Assembly (NCBI GenBank): GCA_046497275.1 | Contig: JAWOFX010000029.1 | Location: 1 to 32,000 of the forward strand | Length of the DNA stretch: 32,000 nt | From: Promethearchaeia archaeon | Lineage (GTDB): Archaea; Asgardarchaeota; Lokiarchaeia; Sigyniarchaeales; SOKP01 | Reading direction: 5' to 3' | Shown: one piece after another, positions 1 through 8,270 of the stretch | How positions within the stretch are numbered: the stretch's first letter is position 1 | How the letters are laid out: every line of letters begins with the position of its first letter | Made by a program: the position numbers and the translations under genes | Notes under the pieces: generated by a model | Databases searched by the model: none | Told to the model about the DNA's origin: nothing | What the model saw: only the letters and a program-made list of their open reading frames with translations

Positions 1-87
1 TACAGCCGATACTCAAAGCCGAGAATACCTTTAAATAATAGTTCTACCATATAAGTATTCAAAGACGAGTATAAATACAAACTAGGT

Positions 88-3000
88 ATGATTATGAGTA
101 TGAAACGAGTTGGATTCCCTTCACGCAGAGGCGTGCGTGTGGGGATATTGTGTGTGTTGTGTGTGGGGTTGGTGATGGGGGCTTCGGTTGCGAGTATGTG
201 GGCGGGGTTAGGTGAGCAGATGTCCGAATCGCGACCGAGCGACCCGTTCATTCCGAAGAACGCGGACTTTTCTGACGACGGGGTTGTGATTTTCGGCTCC
301 GTTCAGGAATCGCTGTTAAATACGAGCACGATTGGGTTTTCTAATCTCAGCGAGAGCGGTTCGTTTTCGCACCCCGCACCGACCATTGACGGCTACAATA
401 CGACCTTTGCGAACATTACCGTGGATAATATTGAAGCGCCCGACCAGTATTTTATGAATGATTATGATTCGGGTTCGTTTTATGCGAGTTTAGGGAATAA
501 CCTTTATGCATCATTCAAAGTGAAAGGAGATGGTCTTTTGAAGAATGTGTCCGTCTATTTAGAGAATCTCGCTGGATATTCAGAGAATTTTGCTATTAGC
601 CTATTTAATGCTACATTAGTGAGTGGGGATACAAAATATGATTCGAAGATCGCCGATTTATCCACAGAAAGTTTATCTAATGGATTTAAGAATTGGGTAA
701 ACGTGACGGGATTATCAGAGATACTGGATGTGTCAAACACCTATGATAATACCTTTTTTATTCGAGTTGGAAGTCTAGCTGGGAGCAGCGGATTTTGGTA
801 TGACGCAACAGATATAGAGTTTGACAGCTTTCTATGGGACGGAAATATCTTACGATCAACTCGAACGATGAGTATGAAAGTAGGACTTTCTCCCTTCAAT
901 AACACGCCCAGTCCCGAAGATATCAATATGAAGATTAACGACCTTGCTGTGAATGTGTATGAGAATGTCAATGGAACGGGCTATTGGAATACGACCGAGG
1001 GCATTCTGCCCGACCTGTCGGGAACGCTTGGCTTCGAGATGACTGCCGACTGGTGGGATGTGTCGTGCGACATTACCCGCATTCAGATTAACTACACAAA
1101 AACGGGATTGAGTGCGAATAGCAGTTTCTATGTGCCGTTCAGCGGGGCAAGTGTGCAATGGAACGTGACTCGGGACGATTTTGACTTCTTTGACGCACGG
1201 ATTAGCCACACGCAAACGATTAACCTTTCCTTGCCGCTCTCGTGGAATGAAGCCACCATCAGCGCCTTTAAGGGAAGCACTCCGAAATCGATGGACTATA
1301 CGCTATATTCGGATCGGATTGAGGCACGGATTCTGAATGCCGAGAACGGAAGCGATTGGTATTTGCTGGTTAATTCGACGAATATAATGAGCGGAATAGA
1401 GACCTACGAGGGAGTCGATACATTAGCCAATCAATTCACCTATTCGGACATTGTCAAGATAAATGCGTCCTTCTCCGAGATACTTTCAGATGGGACAGCG
1501 ATCTTGACGGTCTTTTCTCCTACGGGCTATGAGAATCATTCGGATTCGATTGTGAATCCAAGCGGAACGGAGATTCAATTTGCCGAGTGGGACATAAGTA
1601 ATACTATTGAAGAGTATGGGGTTTTTAATGTAGAATGCTCGTGGAATAATGAGACCACGGCGGGATATGTTACCAATACTATTACTCTAATTGGTGAGAC
1701 CGATCTTTCATTGTTATCTCCTACAAATAATTCTTATTATTCAAAAACCGATCCTGCATTTACTGTCAGTCTTAGTTTTTATGATACGGGGTTTGATGAA
1801 TATATTGATACTACTCTGAATTTTGATAACGAGACTGATCAAGGCATATTATCAAATAACGGATCTATTGGAAAGTTTGAATTTACCATCAATCCAAACA
1901 ACTATGATTATGGATACCATCTTATCCGCTTTAATACCTCTATTCAATATTATCAAAATAAATCGCTTGATTTTGGGTTCAATATTATTAACATTACACA
2001 AATAGATGATGCCGGACGTAATTTTTCCTCTTATAATTTTTTAAATGTCACGTATCAATTTACTTATGTAGATAGCACAAATAGTCTACCGATTTCTGGG
2101 GCTTCTTTTTCAAATATTGAAACTCCCTCAGGAATGACATTTTTTTCAGAAGATTTGCTTAACGGTTCATATTCGATTGATATCAGCATTGATAATGTTT
2201 CTGCTTTTTCTAACCCTTATCTTGTTAATTTTACTGTTTCTAAAACTGGAAAACAGCCGCAAGATATTACAGTAAATATTAACGTCGAACTAATAGAAAC
2301 AACCTTGCAAATCTTTAATTATAATAACAATATCAAAAGATTAACAGGAAACAATCAAACAATCGATTTTTGGTTTAATCATTCTATTACACATGAATTT
2401 ATTTCTAATTTAAATGTTTCTGATATTATAGTGAGGGAGAATAATTCGGTATGGTCCAACAATATCACTTTAATTTCTCATTCTAATTATTATACGCTTA
2501 ACGTTTCTTTAAATGATTTAAACATGGGGAATTATACTATCTTTTTAAATGTAAGCAAATATCCCATTTACGAGAGTTCTGAGAAATGGATTTCCTTTTA
2601 TCTTGAAGGGAATGAAACCGTTATTGATTTGGTTTCCGTAGAAGCGAATCATAATCCTCTTCCAAAGGTTGGAGGCAGATACGCATTTCACCAAGGAAAC
2701 AACATTGATATTTCATTACAGTTACTTGACACCAACAACGGGAATCAAACTGTTGCTGATCCTTCATTCGAGGCTAATTTTATAGTAAGATGCAACGGGG
2801 AGGTATTATCAAGCGGTATTGTATATTCTCTCTCTTTGGGGTTGTTTGAGGGATCCGTGAATACATCTCAATTAGATCCTCTTACTAACTATACCCTTAC
2901 AATCTATGTCTCTTTGACCAATTACGAAATTCATACTTTAGATATTGAAATTACTGTACAAGAGGCATCTCCTCCTATAGGAATTACCTTTGAACAATTA

Positions 3001-4359
3001 CTTCCTTATATAATAGGAGTCATTATTGCTCTCATAATTGGAACCATAATATTCCTGTATAGAAAAAAGGTGGTAATTCCTTTGAAACTTGTGAAGGAAC
3101 AATCTTTACGAGAAACAACTACGATAATAAAAGACGCATTGAATCTAGACCATATCCTTATCTTGGTGAAGCATCAAGGCATTTGTATTTATTATCACTC
3201 ATTATCAGAGGGAAAAGTATCTGCCGATTTAGTTGGGGGGTTTATTTCTGCTGTATCGACGTTTGGACATGAATTAGAAACACAGAAGAGTTTAAACGAG
3301 GTAAAATATAAAGATAAAAGCATACTGTTAAGTGATGGTCAATTCATCAGAGCGGCATTAATTTTGTCTTCCGAGCCTTCCTATCTTTTGAAACGTCAGT
3401 TGAGAGAGTTTATTAAGAAGTTCGAGGAGATACATCATAATACATTGGAAAAATGGAGGGGGAGTTTGAATCCGTTCAAGAATACTATTGTTTTAATTGA
3501 TAAATATTTCAATACTTCTTTATTTCTCCCCCATTATATTAGTAAAAGGGATACTGGAAAGGTTGATATGACCAAAGAAATGAAAAAAGTTTTAAAAATA
3601 GCAAAGGATTACTTGAATAACGATCATGATACCATTAATATGTCTAAACTAGTCAATCTTTCCATGCGGGACGGGTTGGAGAGACCAGAGATTTGGTTTG
3701 TTATAGTTAAGTTAAGAGATGCAGGGATTCTAACCCCTCTTGAAAGGAAGTTCATAGAAGAGACCAAAATGAGCGAAGAAGAGATTTCAGAAATCCGTTC
3801 CAAATTGGATAAGGTAAAAAGTTTTTCTGAAAGGGAAAAGGATCATATTATTAAGAGTTTAAGATTCAAGACACCTAATGCCAGAGAGGCATATATTCAG
3901 TCTCTTGTGTCTGGAGAACGTATTGTTTCTGCTCCCATTAAGGAGAGTTATAACGGGATTCAGATAATCAATAAAGGACAAGCTAAGGAAGAGATCGACA
4001 AGATATTAAAAAAGGCAAAGAAGGAGAAGTCGGTTATGAATTTTGAGGGAATTATCGATCTTTATAATAAGGCACTCCATATTGCAATAGATTGGGATTT
4101 TTCTAAACTCTCTCGGGAACTTGAGAGTTCAATATTACAAACAAAGATTAATAAATTAGTCTTAAAAATGGAAGAGTTTGAGACTAAGGGAAAAGTATCA
4201 AAAGGAAAAGGTAATTTCAAAGAAGCGTCTCAATATTACAAAAAAGCTTCTAATTATGCTTCGGAAGTCTTTAAATTAGGAGAACATTCTATTTCTGCAC
4301 ACCAAAAGAAACTTAATAATATCTCTATAAAGCTCCAGAAAATGGACACTCAGAAATAA
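88..4359 (+). CDS. Large single-pass membrane protein: signal peptide, about 950-aa Asn/Ser/Thr-rich extracellular region, TM helix, then cytoplasmic longin-like domain, helical/wHTH-like region and C-terminal MIT/TPR-like helical repeats (Lokiarchaeia-type receptor-like protein)
   Basis: 1423-aa ORF. Hydrophobic N-terminus (VGILCVLCVGLVMGAS), many N-x-S/T sequons, TM LLPYIIGVIIALIIGTIIFLY followed by RKK (about 2995-3066). LDHILILVKHQGICIYYHSL...SADLVGGFISAVSTFGHEL...FIRAALILS...LREFIKKFE matches the longin/roadblock-like pattern as I recall it. Start could be 88, 94 or 100. Confidence 0.85.
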   Translation: MIMSMKRVGFPSRRGVRVGILCVLCVGLVMGASVASMWAGLGEQMSESRPSDPFIPKNADFSDDGVVIFGSVQESLLNTSTIGFSNLSESGSFSHPAPTIDGYNTTFANITVDNIEAPDQYFMNDYDSGSFYASLGNNLYASFKVKGDGLLKNVSVYLENLAGYSENFAISLFNATLVSGDTKYDSKIADLSTESLSNGFKNWVNVTGLSEILDVSNTYDNTFFIRVGSLAGSSGFWYDATDIEFDSFLWDGNILRSTRTMSMKVGLSPFNNTPSPEDINMKINDLAVNVYENVNGTGYWNTTEGILPDLSGTLGFEMTADWWDVSCDITRIQINYTKTGLSANSSFYVPFSGASVQWNVTRDDFDFFDARISHTQTINLSLPLSWNEATISAFKGSTPKSMDYTLYSDRIEARILNAENGSDWYLLVNSTNIMSGIETYEGVDTLANQFTYSDIVKINASFSEILSDGTAILTVFSPTGYENHSDSIVNPSGTEIQFAEWDISNTIEEYGVFNVECSWNNETTAGYVTNTITLIGETDLSLLSPTNNSYYSKTDPAFTVSLSFYDTGFDEYIDTTLNFDNETDQGILSNNGSIGKFEFTINPNNYDYGYHLIRFNTSIQYYQNKSLDFGFNIINITQIDDAGRNFSSYNFLNVTYQFTYVDSTNSLPISGASFSNIETPSGMTFFSEDLLNGSYSIDISIDNVSAFSNPYLVNFTVSKTGKQPQDITVNINVELIETTLQIFNYNNNIKRLTGNNQTIDFWFNHSITHEFISNLNVSDIIVRENNSVWSNNITLISHSNYYTLNVSLNDLNMGNYTIFLNVSKYPIYESSEKWISFYLEGNETVIDLVSVEANHNPLPKVGGRYAFHQGNNIDISLQLLDTNNGNQTVADPSFEANFIVRCNGEVLSSGIVYSLSLGLFEGSVNTSQLDPLTNYTLTIYVSLTNYEIHTLDIEITVQEASPPIGITFEQLLPYIIGVIIALIIGTIIFLYRKKVVIPLKLVKEQSLRETTTIIKDALNLDHILILVKHQGICIYYHSLSEGKVSADLVGGFISAVSTFGHELETQKSLNEVKYKDKSILLSDGQFIRAALILSSEPSYLLKRQLREFIKKFEEIHHNTLEKWRGSLNPFKNTIVLIDKYFNTSLFLPHYISKRDTGKVDMTKEMKKVLKIAKDYLNNDHDTINMSKLVNLSMRDGLERPEIWFVIVKLRDAGILTPLERKFIEETKMSEEEISEIRSKLDKVKSFSEREKDHIIKSLRFKTPNAREAYIQSLVSGERIVSAPIKESYNGIQIINKGQAKEEIDKILKKAKKEKSVMNFEGIIDLYNKALHIAIDWDFSKLSRELESSILQTKINKLVLKMEEFETKGKVSKGKGNFKEASQYYKKASNYASEVFKLGEHSISAHQKKLNNISIKLQKMDTQK

Positions 4360-4360
4360 A

Positions 4361-4380
4361 TCTTTTTTTATTTTTTTTAT
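4361..4380 (+). terminator. Oligo-T tract, probable archaeal intrinsic terminator
   Basis: tctttttttattttttttat immediately after the stop codon at 4357-4359. Confidence 0.5.
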
Positions 4381-4520
4381 AACAATATTAAAGATTTAGC
4401 GAGACTTTAAAAAATAAGAACTGATATTCCTATTACTAATATCACAAAAATGCTTCCCCACTTTTTAGAGCAATTAATGAGAAATTTTAAAAAGTCACTA
4501 TTTTTATTTGAGAACTTTTA

Positions 4521-4739
4521 TCAACTTTCATCCCTCTCTATCTTTATATTTAGATTACGCTTTAACCCATCAATAAGTATTTCTGGCTCTTTTCCTTCCC
4601 TTCTTGCTTTAGAAATGGTTTTTTCAACCCTCAGTTTCTTTAGGAGAACATTTGAAATTATCCGATATTCAAAAACATAATGAATTAAAAAAATTTTCAT
4701 TATTTGGGGTTGATTGTAAATTGTCAGATGTATTTCCAA
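4521..4739 (-). CDS. Small hypothetical basic protein (72 aa)
   Basis: ORF track. A strong GGGGGGTGA SD-like motif lies at the 5' end on the minus strand, but directly abuts the TTG, so the true start may be the ATA two codons later. No recognisable domain. Confidence 0.35.
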   Translation of the reverse strand: MEIHLTIYNQPQIMKIFLIHYVFEYRIISNVLLKKLRVEKTISKARREGKEPEILIDGLKRNLNIKIERDES

Positions 4740-4964
4740 TCACCCCCCTCTCTCCGAATGGTTTGGGATGGTATTTAAATAGAATCCTCTTTCTTTCAAA
4801 TGAAATTATTCTTTTTCTTTAAATATATGTTTTTGTATATTATGTTAGGGTAAAACTTATGGCATCAAAAAATAAAAACTATATGGAAAAAACTCTCTCT
4901 AAAGAGATTAGAGACTTAAAAACTCTCACTTTACATAATATGAACTCATAAAAAGGAGATTATT

Positions 4965-6023
4965 GTGAAAATGAATTTAGTAGAAATAGTAAGATATCTC
5001 TTATCAGATTTGTACCGAAAATACAGAAAAAAATATGATATCTCAATATCCATCGAAGAGTTATTTCGAGATTTAATTGAAAGCGTAATAGATCGCGATC
5101 AAGAGTATTTTATAGAAGGTAATGAGGTATTTCTAATTAGAAAGGACCAAGAACGTCTAGAATCTCAGAGCTTTATTAGTAAAAATGATTATTATATCGC
5201 TTTAAAGTATTTAAAATCTCAAGAAATAATCTCTTTTAGTGACATTCATCACCCAGATACCAAAATTACCATCAATTTAGACATAATACACATATTTGAC
5301 GATCTTCCTCAATATACATATTTATTCATTGGCGAGAGATCTAAAGATTTCCTTCTCGGTGATACATATAATAATAAGGATACTGCTTCTAAATCGGATG
5401 AAGAGTTTGATGACGGAATGTTTTATGAAGATACTGAAGATGAATTAGATTCTCTTAATTCTTTTTTAGAAGAGGAGGACGTTATAGAAGATCCATTTGA
5501 TGATGAATTAGATTCTCTTGATTCTTTTTTAGAAGAGGATGACGTTATAGAAGATCCATTTGATTATAACGAGAATGATGATGGGTTTGGTACCGAGGAA
5601 GACCTTTCATGTGAGGATTATTATGAAATAAAAGCATACTCTGAAGATCAGGAGTGTTCTCAAAATTCTCAAAACTCCCTTATATGTGAACCTCATACCA
5701 AAAAGAAATTTCCAATAAAAATAATAAGATTTCATTATACTAAGATGCAAGAATTATTGTTCAATATCCTCGCGGGGGGATGCTTATTTTTGAGTGTTTC
5801 TATACTCATGTTAGGATTAGTAAGTTTGGTCCCTTTTTTTAACACAAATTTCTTCTTGATCATTCTTGGAATTATTTCGCTAATATTAAGCCTCTTTTTG
5901 ACCTTTTTAATTTGGTTTAACACAGCTATTAGTATGGCTCAGACTCTCAATATAAGTATAAATTCAGGTATCTTGGTGATCATTATTCCCTCAATAATAC
6001 TCATCTTAATTATGATCTTTTAG
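4965..6023 (+). CDS. Hypothetical membrane protein: N-terminal wHTH-like region, very acidic central linker with a tandem duplication, 3 C-terminal TM helices
   Basis: 352-aa ORF; AAGGAG upstream of GTG4965/ATG4971; D/E-rich middle; hydrophobic C-terminal segments. Confidence 0.75.
   Translation: MKMNLVEIVRYLLSDLYRKYRKKYDISISIEELFRDLIESVIDRDQEYFIEGNEVFLIRKDQERLESQSFISKNDYYIALKYLKSQEIISFSDIHHPDTKITINLDIIHIFDDLPQYTYLFIGERSKDFLLGDTYNNKDTASKSDEEFDDGMFYEDTEDELDSLNSFLEEEDVIEDPFDDELDSLDSFLEEDDVIEDPFDYNENDDGFGTEEDLSCEDYYEIKAYSEDQECSQNSQNSLICEPHTKKKFPIKIIRFHYTKMQELLFNILAGGCLFLSVSILMLGLVSLVPFFNTNFFLIILGIISLILSLFLTFLIWFNTAISMAQTLNISINSGILVIIIPSIILILIMIF
5439..5564 (+). repeat. Intragenic tandem duplication, 2 x 63 bp (DELDSL(N/D)SFLEE(E/D)DVIEDPFD)
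   Basis: 5439-5501 versus 5502-5564 differ at 2 positions (aat/gat, gag/gat). Confidence 0.95.
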
Positions 6024-6228
6024 GGAAATGATCATAAAGAACTTCCTTATTTTTATTTTGATTTTATTAGATCTCTTATCATTATAAAGAATTCGTTCTG
6101 ATTTTGGATTTTTTGATATGTATGTTGAATTCTTTTCTCTCTCTGTTTCTTTGTGGTTTTTTTGATGCGTAAATATAAATATAAAAAAAACTATGTTTTA
6201 AATAATAATTTTAAATTAACTGGTTATT

Positions 6229-8169
6229 ATGGAAAGCGCTGAGGTTTTGGTTCGGACAATTTTTGGTTTTATGAGCGGGAACGCCGATATTCGCGCGCTT
6301 CTTCAGAGAAAACATCTTGAATTTTCGCATGACATTCAATTTCGAGTTGTTTCTCCTGTCTTTGAGTATCTGAAAGCCAACAAACGAGACTGGCTCAGGG
6401 AGCTCCGAAAAGCTTTTAAGGAGGATGATAATGCTCTAAATAGGTTTTTAATGTCTGTGAGTATTTCCATCTTTTTGTTATCTTGCGACTCAGATTTCTC
6501 CATTAAACAGATCGCTTGCTATTCGGACAAGGGTCCTTCATTTGTTGAGGAAATTAAGGACATTCTCCAATCTGGTGGTAGTGTTTTAAAAGGATTTGAG
6601 AAGAATAATAATGTTTCTAGAAGGAATTCCCCTCATGTTTTTATTTCACGTTCTAAAACAACTTATAAGCGATGTGTCAAATTGGGAGATGAGCGGGATG
6701 ATTTAGAATTTGCGATGACTGAGGAGGAGTTCAATAGAGCAATGAAAAATCGGGGAAAGACTTACCCCAGTCGTGTTGAATTAAAATGGAAATGTTTAAA
6801 GGATCCCACACATGGGACGTTTCGTTTGTCCGTTCAGAGGATGGTTGATGAGGTTCAAAGAAAATGTCCTAAGTGTCCAATTGTTAAAACAAAAGCAAGG
6901 TTGAAATATAAAGATTGTGTGGAATTAGGAAACGGAAGGAATGATCTTGAATTTGCAATGACTAAAGAAGAGTTTAATAGAGCAATGAAAAATCGGGGGG
7001 AAAAAAAGCCTTCAAAAATAAAGTTGAGATGGAAATGTTTAAAGGATCCCACACATGGAACTTGGAAGACTAGATATGACATTATCAAGCAAGGAAGCGG
7101 TTGTCCATTATGTGCACCAAAAGCGGAGAAATCATATCAAGATTATGTTGATCTAGGTAATGAGAGGGATGATCTTGAATTTGCAATGGCTAAAGAAGAG
7201 TTTCAAAAAGTTATGCATAAGAGGGGTTCGGGAACCGATCCTTCTAGGGTTTATGTAAACTGGCGATGTACTAAAAATCCATATCATGGAACTTGGAATT
7301 CCACTTGGGATAGCATTAGTAGAGGAAGTGGGTGTGTAGAATGTATAGGCATTTCTTATGAGGATTGTGTGGAATTAGGAAACGGAAGGAATGATCTTGA
7401 GTTTGCAATGACTAAAGAGGAGTTCCAAAAGGCTATGCATGAGAGGGGTAATATACAAAAAAGTAGGGTGGGAAGGTTAAAATGGCGTTGCAAAGTGAAT
7501 CCTAATCATATATGGGAAACCAGTTTCGCGAGTATACGGGATGGATCGGGCTGTCCATTATGTGGACAGAGGGTTGTTTTAGTTGGGACATATATCCATC
7601 CAATATTAGAATATTATTCTCTTCTTCTATTAAGTAATAGTGGAATTACTGTTAATTATGAGCATTGTATCAAATCTGATGATTTTTTTCATCCCGATTT
7701 ACTTATCTATTGTACTGAAGTTTTTAAAGAACGATTAAGTTCTTTTCAGGATGTCTTAAGTATTTCAGATTCTATTAAAGAAATTTCTTTAGATTTCACA
7801 TATTCTTTAAATTTAACTGTGATGTTAGAGAAATGTAATAAATATTATCAAGCCCAAACAAGATATTTAATCATCGTTCTTTTACGAGAAGGGACAAAAT
7901 TAAATGCCGATTATTTTCAAAATGAAATTGAGCATAACTCATCAGTTAAATTTGTTGAGAATATTAAGATTATCAATTTTGAAACTTTTTTGAAATATAT
8001 AAGTGAACTTAGTGGACAGAGAGTTGATGAAGTTCTTAATGAGCTAACTAAGGTTAGGGATTTCGGAATAAAAGCATTCAGGAATGATAAAGCCTTTAAA
8101 TCCCTTAGGAATACTAGTGAACAATACAAAAAAAAGTTAGCATCTGATTTTAAAAACTTTACTAATTGA
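6229..8169 (+). CDS. Tandem zinc-ribbon (DUF4379/PF14311-like) repeat protein with N-terminal HTH-like segment and C-terminal PD-(D/E)xK-like putative endonuclease domain
   Basis: Four 74-81-aa modules, each with W(K/R)C...H.(W/F)...CxxC; C-terminal HPDLLIY...EISLDFT resembles a restriction-like nuclease core; SIKQIACYSDKGPSFVEEI resembles an HTH. Confidence 0.75.
   Translation: MESAEVLVRTIFGFMSGNADIRALLQRKHLEFSHDIQFRVVSPVFEYLKANKRDWLRELRKAFKEDDNALNRFLMSVSISIFLLSCDSDFSIKQIACYSDKGPSFVEEIKDILQSGGSVLKGFEKNNNVSRRNSPHVFISRSKTTYKRCVKLGDERDDLEFAMTEEEFNRAMKNRGKTYPSRVELKWKCLKDPTHGTFRLSVQRMVDEVQRKCPKCPIVKTKARLKYKDCVELGNGRNDLEFAMTKEEFNRAMKNRGEKKPSKIKLRWKCLKDPTHGTWKTRYDIIKQGSGCPLCAPKAEKSYQDYVDLGNERDDLEFAMAKEEFQKVMHKRGSGTDPSRVYVNWRCTKNPYHGTWNSTWDSISRGSGCVECIGISYEDCVELGNGRNDLEFAMTKEEFQKAMHERGNIQKSRVGRLKWRCKVNPNHIWETSFASIRDGSGCPLCGQRVVLVGTYIHPILEYYSLLLLSNSGITVNYEHCIKSDDFFHPDLLIYCTEVFKERLSSFQDVLSISDSIKEISLDFTYSLNLTVMLEKCNKYYQAQTRYLIIVLLREGTKLNADYFQNEIEHNSSVKFVENIKIINFETFLKYISELSGQRVDEVLNELTKVRDFGIKAFRNDKAFKSLRNTSEQYKKKLASDFKNFTN
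6664..7563 (+). repeat. Four intragenic repeat modules starting at 6664, 6907, 7135 and 7357
   Basis: Periods of 243, 228 and 222 nt. Shared motif Y..(C/Y)V.LG..R.DLEFAM..EEF...M..RG. Exact DNA blocks: 6913-6950 = 7363-7400 (38 nt) and 6786-6815 = 7029-7058 (30 nt). Confidence 0.92.
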
Positions 8170-8259
8170 AGTAGTAAAACTATTTTTTTCTATTAAGATT
8201 TTTTAGAAACTAAATTTTATTATGTAATAATTATATAAAAAATTTTTATAAATAAGAAT

Positions 8260-8265
8260 GGTGAT
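8260..8265 (+). promoter_or_regulatory. Putative Shine-Dalgarno GGTGAT for korB
   Basis: GGTGAT lies 5 nt upstream of ATT8271, the first codon after the in-frame TAA at 8268-8270. Confidence 0.5.
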
Positions 8266-8270
8266 TATAA

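Noticed and set aside
555-1215. Antisense ORFs 555-740, 741-971 and 856-1215, plus other short shadow ORFs inside long genes (e.g. 6855-7088, 10665-10901, 18016-18306, 22031-22972, 24255-24788, 31308-31658)
   Set aside because: They fully overlap well-supported genes on the other strand or frame and have no motifs or SD support
4450-4680. + strand 76-aa ORF
   Set aside because: F/L/S-rich mirror of the - strand 4521-4739 ORF, which has the better SD-like signal and more protein-like composition
6664-7563. Repeats as a CRISPR array or a DGR template/variable pair
   Set aside because: The repeats are in-frame protein modules of 222-243 nt. Differences are not confined to adenines, and no reverse transcriptase or cas gene is present.
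8234-8250. Inverted repeat TATAAAAA-A-TTTTTATA upstream of korB as an operator
   Set aside because: An A/T-only palindrome is expected by chance at this base composition and overlaps a likely TATA region; no second copy was seen
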